From the sequence record PQ390715.1: a stretch of DNA of 64,000 nucleotides, one strand, 5' to 3'. The first letter of the stretch is position 1. The number at the start of each line of letters is the position of its first letter. The notes beneath the pieces were generated by a model that searched no databases, was not told the DNA's origin, and saw only the letters and a list, made by a program, of their open reading frames with translations. A program made the position numbers and the translations under genes. Shown one piece after another: positions 1 through 11,248 of this stretch.

Positions 1-552
1 TTCGGTGGCATTGCGTGAACCAATACCAGTCCAGTTACCATGTGGTGCTGGAACGACGAATGTTTGTGTGAACTCTTTCAGTACTGTATCGAAATAAAAT
101 ACTGAACGTGAATTCATATCATAACAATAAATTTCAGGATTTTCAACTGAATCCATATACATCTGTACTGCCCATGCAGTACCACCACTTACCTTAGTTG
201 GTGATGTGATATTTGCAATACAATATATTCTTTCTGTATTAAGTATCTGATAACTATTCCTTGCAAGTAAGTTGTAAACATAAGAACCAGGTTTTGGTAC
301 TTTTCGCTGCAACGAGTAACATGCAATGTTTAGTTGATTTAATATAGAAATATCAGATAGAATATTGGATGGTATTTCTAATATAGTACTTTCATCTACA
401 CTATGCTCATGACCTTTGAATGAAAAATTAATAACTTCAAATCCATTATTTTTTGCATAGATAGAAAAAAGGCGGTCAGCACCTGCTGCCCCGCCACTAA
501 AACATACATTAGATAAACCTTTAATTGCTTCATCTAATTCATTCTTTTTCAT
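1..552 (-). CDS. SLOG-superfamily nucleotide-binding protein (partial, runs off window start; absent from ORF track)
   Basis: Manual translation from ATG at 552: MKKNELDEAIKGLSNVCFSGGAAGADRLF...SGGTAWAV...WTGIGSR. The GGAxGAD loop and GGT motif are typical of SLOG. Confidence 0.6.
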   Translation of the reverse strand, partial: MKKNELDEAIKGLSNVCFSGGAAGADRLFSIYAKNNGFEVINFSFKGHEHSVDESTILEIPSNILSDISILNQLNIACYSLQRKVPKPGSYVYNLLARNSYQILNTERIYCIANITSPTKVSGGTAWAVQMYMDSVENPEIYCYDMNSRSVFYFDTVLKEFTQTFVVPAPHGNWTGIGSRNATE

Positions 553-555
553 ATT

Positions 556-1212
556 TTATTTTGCTTTACGTTCTGCAAATAGTTGTTTTACTTTCTCAAT
601 AGCTTTAGTCTGTGAAATACCTTCTGGAATTTCTAGATAAATTGTTTTACTATCTTTCGGTTGTTCAACAACTTGTGTTTGCGGACGCAAGCTTGGCTCT
701 AAATTGTATGCACGTTCATAATGTTCTTTAGCCAGTTTTTCATATTTTTGTGCATCAGTGAGAAGTTGTTCTACAATAGTAGCTTCTTCTACTTTAGTGT
801 CCGCTTCTTGTGGATTGAATGGGTTAAAGTCTTTTACTTTACCATCTTCTTGTACTTTCGCTTGATTTTCATCTAATGCTTTGTTTAGAACATCAAGAGA
901 AATTTTATTATTACCACCAGTGTGCATATCAATGTCACAAGTACGAACGCGACGTAGATGCTGCATGTTGTGTAGAACATCTAGCATTTTGCGTCCATCG
1001 AGATAACCAATTTTATGCATTACTTCCCACAAATCAATATTAGATTGACCATGACCCATAACAATATCAGTTACTGCGTGTACATATGCTTCTGGTAGTG
1101 AATCACGATAAACGATAAGGCAGTGTTCAGGATCATCTGGTAGTGAACGCCAAACAACAAAAACACGAGAACCTGTATTACGCATTACACCAACATGACG
1201 AATAGCTGCCAT
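556..1212 (-). CDS. hypothetical protein (218 aa)
   Basis: ORF track; GGAG RBS; abuts neighbours; no recognisable motif. Confidence 0.8.
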   Translation of the reverse strand: MAAIRHVGVMRNTGSRVFVVWRSLPDDPEHCLIVYRDSLPEAYVHAVTDIVMGHGQSNIDLWEVMHKIGYLDGRKMLDVLHNMQHLRRVRTCDIDMHTGGNNKISLDVLNKALDENQAKVQEDGKVKDFNPFNPQEADTKVEEATIVEQLLTDAQKYEKLAKEHYERAYNLEPSLRPQTQVVEQPKDSKTIYLEIPEGISQTKAIEKVKQLFAERKAK

Positions 1213-1214
1213 AA

Positions 1215-1475
1215 TTATTCTCCTTTATCTTCTTGAGTTTCACTATCTTGTGATTCAGCTTCTTCTTTAGCTGCATCTTCTTGTGCTTTAATATCTTCAA
1301 GAGCTACATTTGCAAAAGAAACAAATTTAGATACAACTGGAGCAACCTCAACAAGTTCTTCAACTTTAAAGGTGTTTCGTGCAACAGCAGCTTCCATGAT
1401 TTTTGCAGCATTGATTAGGTCTAGAAGGGTTAGTTGAATTTGATTATTTTCTTGTTCCATTTTAATACTCTCCAT
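1215..1475 (-). CDS. hypothetical protein, acidic C-terminus
   Basis: ORF track; GGAGAG RBS; directly downstream of promoter at 1495-1523. Confidence 0.8.
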   Translation of the reverse strand: MESIKMEQENNQIQLTLLDLINAAKIMEAAVARNTFKVEELVEVAPVVSKFVSFANVALEDIKAQEDAAKEEAESQDSETQEDKGE

Positions 1476-1494
1476 GTATATTGGTACATTAACT

Positions 1495-1523
1495 ATTATA
1501 TCATATTTTTATAAGTTGTCCCA
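1495..1523 (-). promoter_or_regulatory. GGGACA-class promoter
   Basis: Minus strand TGGGACA, 16-nt spacer ending TGA, TATAAT; same pattern at 20504, 31604 and 55435. Confidence 0.65.
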
Positions 1524-1526
1524 CTT

Positions 1527-1557
1527 ATAAAAGAAGAGAACGGAATTTTCCGTTCTC
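1527..1557 (-). terminator. Rho-independent terminator
   Basis: GAGAACGGAA/TTCCGTTCTC stem followed by T-rich tract on minus, just after the VWA gene. Confidence 0.8.
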
Positions 1558-1569
1558 ATTATTTAGTAC

Positions 1570-2994
1570 TTAACTACGTTGACGCTTTTTATCAGCTTCA
1601 TATTCGTAGTGTACAGTCTCACCAAATGGTGCAACTTTATTTGGGTTACTGTGAATCACGAACAGTGTTTTACAGTAGTTTGGATCACCCCATGACTGCC
1701 ACGGTTCACCATCAGTAAACATTACAAGCTGTTTAGGCTTGTAGTTGTCGTTCTTCATATGAACCCATACTGCTTCAAAGTCAGTACCACCACCACCTTT
1801 TACTGGATATTCCAGAATCTTACGTTCTTCGCCAGTTTTGTAATCCTTTACAGTATAAACTTCAGTATCAAAAGTCATGATACGAATCTTAAACTGTTTG
1901 AATTGTTTAGTGATGCCAAGAACTTCACTAATGAAATCACGAAGCATATCTTCAGAAATAGACCCAGAAGCATCTAGTGCAATCGCAATATCAATATCAT
2001 CATCTGGTTTCATCCCTGGGTAAATTGGATTACCATAGAATGAGCCATTAGAACCAAAACCTGCACCCCAAGAACGACGATTCGGATTTTGATATGTTGC
2101 ATCAGACTTCAACCAACTACGAAGTGTACGTTGAAGTTTTGAACGCCAGTCAATCTTTGGTTCTTTAAAGTTGTTAATCATACGAGCGATTTCTGCTGGT
2201 GTACCACCTGCACGAGCAGCATTCATCATTGCTGTTTTGAAATCATCCATGTAATCACGTTTTTGCTGTTCACTTGAACCACCCTCTTGACCTTCTTGTG
2301 GAACGTCATGCTGGTCAATGGTAGTACCTTTTGGTTTACCCTTACCATCTTTAATATCGCCAAAAGTACCGCGATTTTTACCTTCACCTTCACCGCCGCC
2401 ACTTTGTGGTTGACCTTCACCTTCACCATCTTCTTTTTGTTCTTCTTCTTCAAGAAGAATGTAAATCTCTTCTGCGGTCATGCCTTCATATTTTTTATCA
2501 TACAACCATGAACTTTGGATTTTCCCAATTTTCTCACGAACGATGATTTGGTTAATGGCATAATCCGCTGCACGGTTATAACGTTGTGGATCACGCATAC
2601 CACGACGAAGGAAGTGATCGTAAGCACAGTGTAGAATTTCATGACAAATTACAGCAACAAGGTTTTCATCAGTCAAACCTTCAGTCATTTCTTTTAATTG
2701 TTCGTCTGTAACTTCAGGGTGCTTTTCACGAATAGCTTCTTCATATTCTTTCTTTTTAGATGGGTCTTGAATGCCCATTACAAATTCTACGTTGTAGAAT
2801 AGATGTTTACCATCCACTGCTAGAGTACGACACCATGTATTATTAGGAACTGGACGTAAACGTGAAGCGAGTACACCAAAGAATGGTGCAGTTAACATCA
2901 AAGATGTACGAGCCAGAACCAGACGTTCTTGACATTCTTTCTGGAGTGCCGGAGATACTTCATTGAATCTTGAAGTAGATTTGTTATCTGACAT
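1570..2994 (-). CDS. DUF2201-type metallopeptidase plus VWA-like domain protein (MoxR partner)
   Basis: HEILH zincin motif after LAVDGKHLFYN; C-terminal MIDAS motif DASGS, GGGTDF and FTDG. Confidence 0.85.
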   Translation of the reverse strand: MSDNKSTSRFNEVSPALQKECQERLVLARTSLMLTAPFFGVLASRLRPVPNNTWCRTLAVDGKHLFYNVEFVMGIQDPSKKKEYEEAIREKHPEVTDEQLKEMTEGLTDENLVAVICHEILHCAYDHFLRRGMRDPQRYNRAADYAINQIIVREKIGKIQSSWLYDKKYEGMTAEEIYILLEEEEQKEDGEGEGQPQSGGGEGEGKNRGTFGDIKDGKGKPKGTTIDQHDVPQEGQEGGSSEQQKRDYMDDFKTAMMNAARAGGTPAEIARMINNFKEPKIDWRSKLQRTLRSWLKSDATYQNPNRRSWGAGFGSNGSFYGNPIYPGMKPDDDIDIAIALDASGSISEDMLRDFISEVLGITKQFKQFKIRIMTFDTEVYTVKDYKTGEERKILEYPVKGGGGTDFEAVWVHMKNDNYKPKQLVMFTDGEPWQSWGDPNYCKTLFVIHSNPNKVAPFGETVHYEYEADKKRQRS

Positions 2995-3018
2995 GTATAT
3001 TTCCTCGTTTAGTTAAGA

Positions 3019-3049
3019 TAAAAGAAGGATACCATTAGGCATCCTTCTT
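3019..3049 (-). terminator. Rho-independent terminator
   Basis: AAGAAGGAT/ATCCTTCTT stem plus T tract on minus. Confidence 0.7.
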
Positions 3050-3068
3050 GTCAACAACTCTTTGTTAA

Positions 3069-4394
3069 TTAGCCAAGAGAGCGTGCTTTACGTACAAGAT
3101 CAGAGTACTTAGCGATGAAATCTTTAAACGCTGGTACATCTTTAATGGAAATCGCAACCTTATGAAGCGTGATGGTACGAATTGCCAGTACTGCCAGTTC
3201 TGCTTGAGTTGCAGAGAAGTTATGGTCTAGGAAGGTGATGAAGTTGTTACACAGTTTACCCCATTCTTCCACTGGTAGACGTTGTTCTTGCTTCTCATTG
3301 AACAGGTCGATAATTTTATAAACCAAGTTCAGAGTGATAAAGTAGTTCGCAGAAATATCCAGCGTTGCGTCGATTTCTTTGATTTCACCAGACAGAATAG
3401 ACATAGTATCTGGTAATTTAGCAACGTTCTCAACGTACTCAATGTATTCAGTTGCAACACCTTCACCAACACGACCAGCAATCATTGCACGGAACACTTC
3501 TTTATCAATTGTCTTAGTTTTCTTGAGATCTTCGTAGCGTGCTACTGCTTCCCATGAACGTGGAGAAGTACCACCACTGTGAGAAGGATCTTGTGGACTA
3601 AGTGTGTTAAAGTACTTAGAACCAGTGTTGTTGATGAACGCAACAGTTGCTGGGTTCAAACGTTTTGCAATCGCATAATCGTTAATCCAATCTTGATGAT
3701 AAGGAATCATCTCAATGTGAGTCATACGGTCACGCAGTGGTGTAGCAAGAGAGAAAGTTACACCGCCATCAGTTTCACGGTTACCTGCTGCAAGAATCAG
3801 TGCAGTCTTAGGTAGCTTCATCTCACCAACACAACGGTCGAGGATTAGCTGATAAGACGCTGCCTGAACAATAGGCATTGCAGAGTTAATTTCGTCAAAC
3901 AGAATAACACCTTTCCAATCTTCGGACAATTTCAGAACTTTAGGTGCAGCCCATACTACCGCAGTTTCAGCTACATAATCTTTTGCTTCGGCAAGCTCAG
4001 ATTCTTTCAGAAGAGAACCGTCAGTTTTACGGAAAAGCTTCTCTGGTACTGGAATACCGCGAAGGTCACTTGGTTCGATTTGAGACAAACGGAAATCGAT
4101 AAAGTTAGTATCTTGGTCGATTAGTTTTGCTTCAAATGCAGCCAGTTCACGGCGTAGCTGATCAGCATTTTCAGGGTCAGCTTCGATTTGTTGTTTCATG
4201 AACTCGATTTTAGCTACGTTATCTTTACGCAGTGGGTAATTTTCATCAGCGTATTGACGAGCGATTGCAGACTTACCGATACCTGGGCTACCCCAAATCA
4301 TCAGGCTATCTTGAATCATGTCAGCTAGTGCCATTGCTTCTTTAGCTTTCTTTGGAGTCAGTTTAACGTTCAGGATATCGTTTTGAGTAGTCAT
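3069..4394 (-). CDS. MoxR-like AAA+ ATPase
   Basis: Walker A GSPGIGKS, Walker B ILFDEIN, ILAAGNR, arginine finger LRDR, SPRSWE; adjacent to the VWA gene. Confidence 0.9.
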   Translation of the reverse strand: MTTQNDILNVKLTPKKAKEAMALADMIQDSLMIWGSPGIGKSAIARQYADENYPLRKDNVAKIEFMKQQIEADPENADQLRRELAAFEAKLIDQDTNFIDFRLSQIEPSDLRGIPVPEKLFRKTDGSLLKESELAEAKDYVAETAVVWAAPKVLKLSEDWKGVILFDEINSAMPIVQAASYQLILDRCVGEMKLPKTALILAAGNRETDGGVTFSLATPLRDRMTHIEMIPYHQDWINDYAIAKRLNPATVAFINNTGSKYFNTLSPQDPSHSGGTSPRSWEAVARYEDLKKTKTIDKEVFRAMIAGRVGEGVATEYIEYVENVAKLPDTMSILSGEIKEIDATLDISANYFITLNLVYKIIDLFNEKQEQRLPVEEWGKLCNNFITFLDHNFSATQAELAVLAIRTITLHKVAISIKDVPAFKDFIAKYSDLVRKARSLG

Positions 4395-4435
4395 GTATAT
4401 ATTTCCTTTTGTTGGATAAAATCGTTTAAGTTTCT

Positions 4436-4464
4436 ATTATAGCCAATCCGTGGGCAAAAGTAAA
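4436..4464 (-). promoter_or_regulatory. sigma70/T4-early-like promoter of the MoxR gene
   Basis: Minus strand TTTACT-N17-TATAAT. Confidence 0.65.
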
Positions 4465-4502
4465 GGAACTGTGTTAAAATAATTTAACTTATCAGTTCCT
4501 TT
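4462..4502 (-). terminator. long imperfect hairpin, probable terminator
   Basis: AAAGGAACTG...GTTAAA/TTTAAC...CAGTTCCTTT followed by ACTTTT on minus. Confidence 0.55.
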
Positions 4503-4563
4503 GTTACTTCATGAATCATCCGTGTGTTTAAAAGGTAAATCTCTTTGCTGTCTTGATGTGAAC

Positions 4564-4591
4564 ATTATATCACATCGTTTCAACTTGTCAA
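4564..4591 (-). promoter_or_regulatory. strong sigma70 promoter (tandem copy 1)
   Basis: TTGACA-N16-TATAAT with TG extended -10 and A-tract UP element. Confidence 0.8.
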
Positions 4592-4656
4592 TCACTTTTT
4601 TTCTTTTTTTTCAAACTCACATCTTGTGTCGCTTGAAAACTTTATGTCTGATGCTT

Positions 4657-4684
4657 ATTGTATCACATCATTCTATCTTGTCAA
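4657..4684 (-). promoter_or_regulatory. strong sigma70 promoter (tandem copy 2)
   Basis: TTGACA-N16-TACAAT with TG extended -10; spacer similar to copy 1. Confidence 0.75.
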
Positions 4685-4707
4685 CATTTATTTTTAATTC
4701 ATTTTTC

Positions 4708-5088
4708 TTACATATGAATAGAAAATAACTGTTTAAAATCATCACAACACAATGTTAATTCAGTTATTATCATTGCATCTGTCAGATATATGTACTGACC
4801 TTCAACATAATAAGGTGAAGTACATATTCTGTCAAGTGATGTAAACATTATAGAACTTTTAAATTCTCTTTGCAAGGGGATTTTGGTAAATTCATAAAGA
4901 TTATTTTCTTTACAAATTCCATACCCAAACTTGCTAAGACGTAAACCACCGCCAGTTCTGAAATTTTCAAAAATTGACATCAGAAGCATACGGTCTGTTA
5001 TTTCTGAATCTGATTCATGTACTTCCCTAACTTTGGAAAGTACATTATTTTGATATTCAGTACTGTTATGTGATGGTTCTGGAAACAT
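4708..5088 (-). CDS. hypothetical protein
   Basis: ORF track; GGAG RBS. Confidence 0.75.
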   Translation of the reverse strand: MFPEPSHNSTEYQNNVLSKVREVHESDSEITDRMLLMSIFENFRTGGGLRLSKFGYGICKENNLYEFTKIPLQREFKSSIMFTSLDRICTSPYYVEGQYIYLTDAMIITELTLCCDDFKQLFSIHM

Positions 5089-5091
5089 ATA

Positions 5092-5487
5092 TTAGTCTCC
5101 AACAAAACCTTGACGTGCAGCATAAGATGGTGCACCAGGCTCATTATAGTGTTGTACGCCTTCTTTGTCAATTGTTGGTCCCATACCTTCAGTTCCAAAA
5201 CAACCTGCAATGGCTTCCAACACTTCTTCATCAGCAACTTCAGTACTTTCATCATTATATCGAATGTCAGACAAAATGTCACAGGCTTTTTGTAGTTTAT
5301 CTACAATTTCTTTTTGGTCTTCACCAGATTTAATCTTATCAACAATATCAATAAGACATTTGGTAATATCCTTAAGAACATCAACTGCTACAACATCGGA
5401 TTCAACTTCAACTGAAAAACTTTCGTCTTCATCTCTTCCGGTAATTTCGTCTAACGCTTCAACTAGTTCACGATAATTATATTGCAT
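5092..5487 (-). CDS. acidic hypothetical protein
   Basis: ORF track; GGAG RBS; tight packing. Confidence 0.8.
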   Translation of the reverse strand: MQYNYRELVEALDEITGRDEDESFSVEVESDVVAVDVLKDITKCLIDIVDKIKSGEDQKEIVDKLQKACDILSDIRYNDESTEVADEEVLEAIAGCFGTEGMGPTIDKEGVQHYNEPGAPSYAARQGFVGD

Positions 5488-5488
5488 A

Positions 5489-6466
5489 TTATTTGTCTCC
5501 TAAAAATTTCTTGTATTTTTCTTGGAGACTTTCAAAAATATCTTCTACTTCTTCATCAGAATCATCTTCCAAGTCAATGTTACCTTCAGGTGAATCATCT
5601 TCTTCACTTTCATTAACATTTAGTGGGTTATCTCCTAATGCAGTGCCTGGGAATTTTGGTTCAAATTTATGAACACGATTTTCGTTCCCTTCATTATCAT
5701 AATACTCAGGTTCTGGACGATTGTCAAGATCTTCATCTACAACACGTCTCCAATAAAATTGATTGCCTTTTGCAATTACAACAAAATGGTCACCTTCAAC
5801 ACCATTAGTCTTTAGTTGCCCATCACGAACGGCATCAGCTTCGGTTTCATATGGACCATAATCAGTACTGTTAGATGGTTCTTCATCTTCAGAGATACTT
5901 AGATCTGGTAGAAATTGGGTATCTTTCATTTCTTTATCGGTAGCAGGATTACCCTCTACTGAAAAATCTTCGTCTTCTTCTTCGTTAATACCAGCAAGAG
6001 ATAGCATACGACTAAAATCGAATTCTTCTTCAATAATTTCTTCTTCCTCATCGTCTTCTTCAACTGATTCTAGTTGAGGTTGACCACTAAGGTCAAGAGA
6101 AAAATCTTCTTCACCTTCTACACCTGGTTCTGAAAATTCAGCATCCATACTAACTTCATCTGTGTCAGCACCAAAATCACCAACATCAGCGGAAAGATCA
6201 TCAACTGCCGCTGCTAGTGGGTCTTCAACTGAAGTTTCAATTCCACCAATTTCTTCTTCAGCACCAATAGAATCGAGATCTAGTGGAGCAATAGGTGGAA
6301 GAGATGGAGTCATAGACCCCATAGATGGTACTGGAGCAGCAACTACTGGGTCTTGACGTTCAGCTTGACCAGCAAGAGCTAACATACGTGATAGAGTTTC
6401 CAAATCATCAGATTCTAAACCTGCGATATCGATTTTAACTTGTGCTTCATTAATTTTTTTAGCCAT
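5489..6466 (-). CDS. very acidic, low-complexity protein (possibly head scaffold or internal protein)
   Basis: D/E-rich throughout; lies in the morphogenesis block; function inferred only. Confidence 0.75.
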   Translation of the reverse strand: MAKKINEAQVKIDIAGLESDDLETLSRMLALAGQAERQDPVVAAPVPSMGSMTPSLPPIAPLDLDSIGAEEEIGGIETSVEDPLAAAVDDLSADVGDFGADTDEVSMDAEFSEPGVEGEEDFSLDLSGQPQLESVEEDDEEEEIIEEEFDFSRMLSLAGINEEEDEDFSVEGNPATDKEMKDTQFLPDLSISEDEEPSNSTDYGPYETEADAVRDGQLKTNGVEGDHFVVIAKGNQFYWRRVVDEDLDNRPEPEYYDNEGNENRVHKFEPKFPGTALGDNPLNVNESEEDDSPEGNIDLEDDSDEEVEDIFESLQEKYKKFLGDK

Positions 6467-6488
6467 TTTAAATAAATCCTTTTAGTTA

Positions 6489-8006
6489 TCAATCATTATT
6501 ATTTAATGATTTTAAAATTTGCACTGTTTCATCCTTTTTACCTGAAAGTAAAATGTCAGCAGCAAGTAGAGAAACCTCATCACCACGAGTTAGTAGTACT
6601 GTGATTTTTTTAGCATAAGGTGACTCTTTAATTTTAGAAGCTAATGATTGTACATCATCACCAGCAATTGTTTCAGATTTAGTTTCTGGTTCAGAAACTT
6701 CGTCTGGTTTTTGTTCAGATTCTGGTTCTTTCTTAGGTTCTTCTTTTGATTGAATTTGCTCAGTACCAGAGTCTACTTCAGGTGTTTCATCACTTTTAAC
6801 TTCTTTATCTTGTTCATATTTGGCAAGTAATTTAGCAGCAGTTGCTTTTGGTATAAACTTACCATCAGCACTAATGAATCTGTCACCACCAACATACGAA
6901 TATTCTTTGCCTTGTTTGGATTTAACTTTTGTACCGATTTTCATAGCACCGGAATTGTTATGACGGAAAATATCACGCTGTGCTGCTCGTTCAACACTTT
7001 TAGAAGCACTTGTGTTAAGTTGCTTTTTACTTTCGATATCATACCACAAGTTATTTTTCTTAGCGTATGTTTTTCCTTTAGAAGAAGTCATTCTATAACC
7101 GTCAGGAACAGTAATGCTTTCAAATTCTTCAATTTCTTCATCTGCTTCATTAATTGATTCTTTAGTTGCAAATACTGGCTGTTTAGCAGGTTGTGAAGCT
7201 TGTTGTGGCTTTTCACCTGAACCAAAACGTTGCTCACTATGTTCTTGTTCACCCGTTAATGTTGGAAAATCACTTGGGTTATTCTTAACAAATTGCTGAT
7301 ATGCATTAATAATTGCATGTGCATTTTGTTCTGGAATTACTACATTACCATCATTATCACAAAATTCTTTACCATTCCACTCACAACGTGTATTGCCTTG
7401 TACTAAGGTTGATTTGATTGGAATTAGTTTATTTTTAGAAGCTAACTGACGAGCAATACGCATACCTTCATCTGATAGTTTACGGGTCATTGCTGGATCA
7501 ACTGCTCGGCCTGATTTCATATCAACAAAACGGTGATTCTTTGGAACAAATTTAAAACCACTTACTTCCATACCTGCTGGAATTGATATATCATCAGCAT
7601 ATGGTGGAAGAATGTAAAATTTTAATGCATTCCATTCTTTTTGTAGTGTTTCTTTAGAAACATTATATACTCGATGATCATCTGCCATTAATTCAGTGAT
7701 GAATTCACTTTCAGTTAATAGAATTCCATCTTTTGAATTGAAACGGTTTTCACCAATAAATGTACACTCTTTACCTTCAACAATATATTTGTTACCAATC
7801 TTATATTCATTTGAAGCTAGATTGTGCTCGACAATCTGTTGTCGAGCACTTGCGTACATGGATGGGTATTTTCTAGGGTCTACCATTAACATATTATTGT
7901 CATTGAACCAGAATCCTTCAAGAAATACATATTTTGCACCAGTATGTGACGTATATACATATCCATTAGGAACTGTGGTAGTTTCAGTACTGAAAAAATT
8001 ATCCAT
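6489..8006 (-). CDS. protein with internally repeated modules, probably virion-associated
   Basis: Repeat TVPxGY..TS..G..Y....W...KIG.K....GKE....G..RF.S.DG near both ends, plus a degenerate middle copy. Confidence 0.8.
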   Translation of the reverse strand: MDNFFSTETTTVPNGYVYTSHTGAKYVFLEGFWFNDNNMLMVDPRKYPSMYASARQQIVEHNLASNEYKIGNKYIVEGKECTFIGENRFNSKDGILLTESEFITELMADDHRVYNVSKETLQKEWNALKFYILPPYADDISIPAGMEVSGFKFVPKNHRFVDMKSGRAVDPAMTRKLSDEGMRIARQLASKNKLIPIKSTLVQGNTRCEWNGKEFCDNDGNVVIPEQNAHAIINAYQQFVKNNPSDFPTLTGEQEHSEQRFGSGEKPQQASQPAKQPVFATKESINEADEEIEEFESITVPDGYRMTSSKGKTYAKKNNLWYDIESKKQLNTSASKSVERAAQRDIFRHNNSGAMKIGTKVKSKQGKEYSYVGGDRFISADGKFIPKATAAKLLAKYEQDKEVKSDETPEVDSGTEQIQSKEEPKKEPESEQKPDEVSEPETKSETIAGDDVQSLASKIKESPYAKKITVLLTRGDEVSLLAADILLSGKKDETVQILKSLNNND

Positions 8007-8019
8007 GTGTTGATTCTCC

Positions 8020-8562
8020 TTAAGAAAGCATACGTAACAGTTGGTCGCGTTGCTCTGGACTTAATTTTTGTAGAGCATCAGGGATACTGGAACCTTGTGC
8101 TTTTGGTTGTTCTTGTTGTGCTGGTTGCTCAGTTGAGGTCGATTGTGATGGTTGTGATTCTGAACTTTCTTCGCCACCTTGTTGGTCACGGTAGTCATTC
8201 ATTATATCACGAGCAGCATTTAATAGAGCAGTACCTACATCTTTTGGTGTAAAAGAACGACGAGGATTGTTCCCTAAATGTTTAATATCAAGATTGTTAC
8301 CTTTAAAAAACTGTGCCACATCAGCGTAAGGTACTGATGGTTGAGCTTTACCATATTTACGTCCAACATAACGTTTAAACTCTGCCCATAAGCGGTTGGC
8401 TTCAGCACCAACTTCTTGTGCACCTTGTTCAATCTGTCCACTACCAAAAAAGCCTTTTACTTTTCCTTTTGCACTATCAACTGCACTTTGTGAACGACTA
8501 TAAGGACGAGCTTCATTTAACTCATTGTCTTCATAATCTAACATTTCATTAAGTATACTCAT
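8020..8562 (-). CDS. hypothetical protein
   Basis: ORF track; AGGA RBS. Confidence 0.8.
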   Translation of the reverse strand: MSILNEMLDYEDNELNEARPYSRSQSAVDSAKGKVKGFFGSGQIEQGAQEVGAEANRLWAEFKRYVGRKYGKAQPSVPYADVAQFFKGNNLDIKHLGNNPRRSFTPKDVGTALLNAARDIMNDYRDQQGGEESSESQPSQSTSTEQPAQQEQPKAQGSSIPDALQKLSPEQRDQLLRMLS

Positions 8563-8565
8563 GTG

Positions 8566-9102
8566 TTAATCCTTTTTACCAAAACCAGCACTCATATATT
8601 GAGAGTATTTATTGTCTTTTTTCGATGCTTCAATTGCATCATCAACGGCAGTGTCTGCACGTTGTTGTCCAGCTAAGTCATAACTGTCTTCTGGTTTGCC
8701 AAAATCCACTCCAATAACTGGTTCATCAACATCATCAAAATCGATATCATCTTCCAAATCAGTCATTTCAATTTGACGAGGTTCATCTTTACTACGAACA
8801 CGAATCAATGCTTCTGTCATGCTTAGTAAATTGCCAATTTCATACATTAGTACATTTGATTGAACGCCACGATGACATTTAAAGTCAAACATCCAAATTT
8901 CACCACAATCTAATTCATAGAAATCTAATGGTTTTTCCATAAAAATTGTTTTCTTTAGTGCTCCAATTTCAAACGCATCATAGCGATCCATTAGTCGCTG
9001 TGTTACTTTACTAAGTTGTTCAGGTGTTGGTTCAACTGCAAACTTAACTCGGTATTCATAAACTGGTTTCTTTTCAGTTAGGATTTGTTGTAATCTATTC
9101 AT
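8566..9102 (-). CDS. hypothetical protein
   Basis: ORF track; GGAG RBS. Confidence 0.8.
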   Translation of the reverse strand: MNRLQQILTEKKPVYEYRVKFAVEPTPEQLSKVTQRLMDRYDAFEIGALKKTIFMEKPLDFYELDCGEIWMFDFKCHRGVQSNVLMYEIGNLLSMTEALIRVRSKDEPRQIEMTDLEDDIDFDDVDEPVIGVDFGKPEDSYDLAGQQRADTAVDDAIEASKKDNKYSQYMSAGFGKKD

Positions 9103-9129
9103 TTTAATAACTCCATAAGGTCGTTTAAG

Positions 9130-11237
<2,108 letters not shown>

Positions 11238-11248
11238 TCATTATCTCC

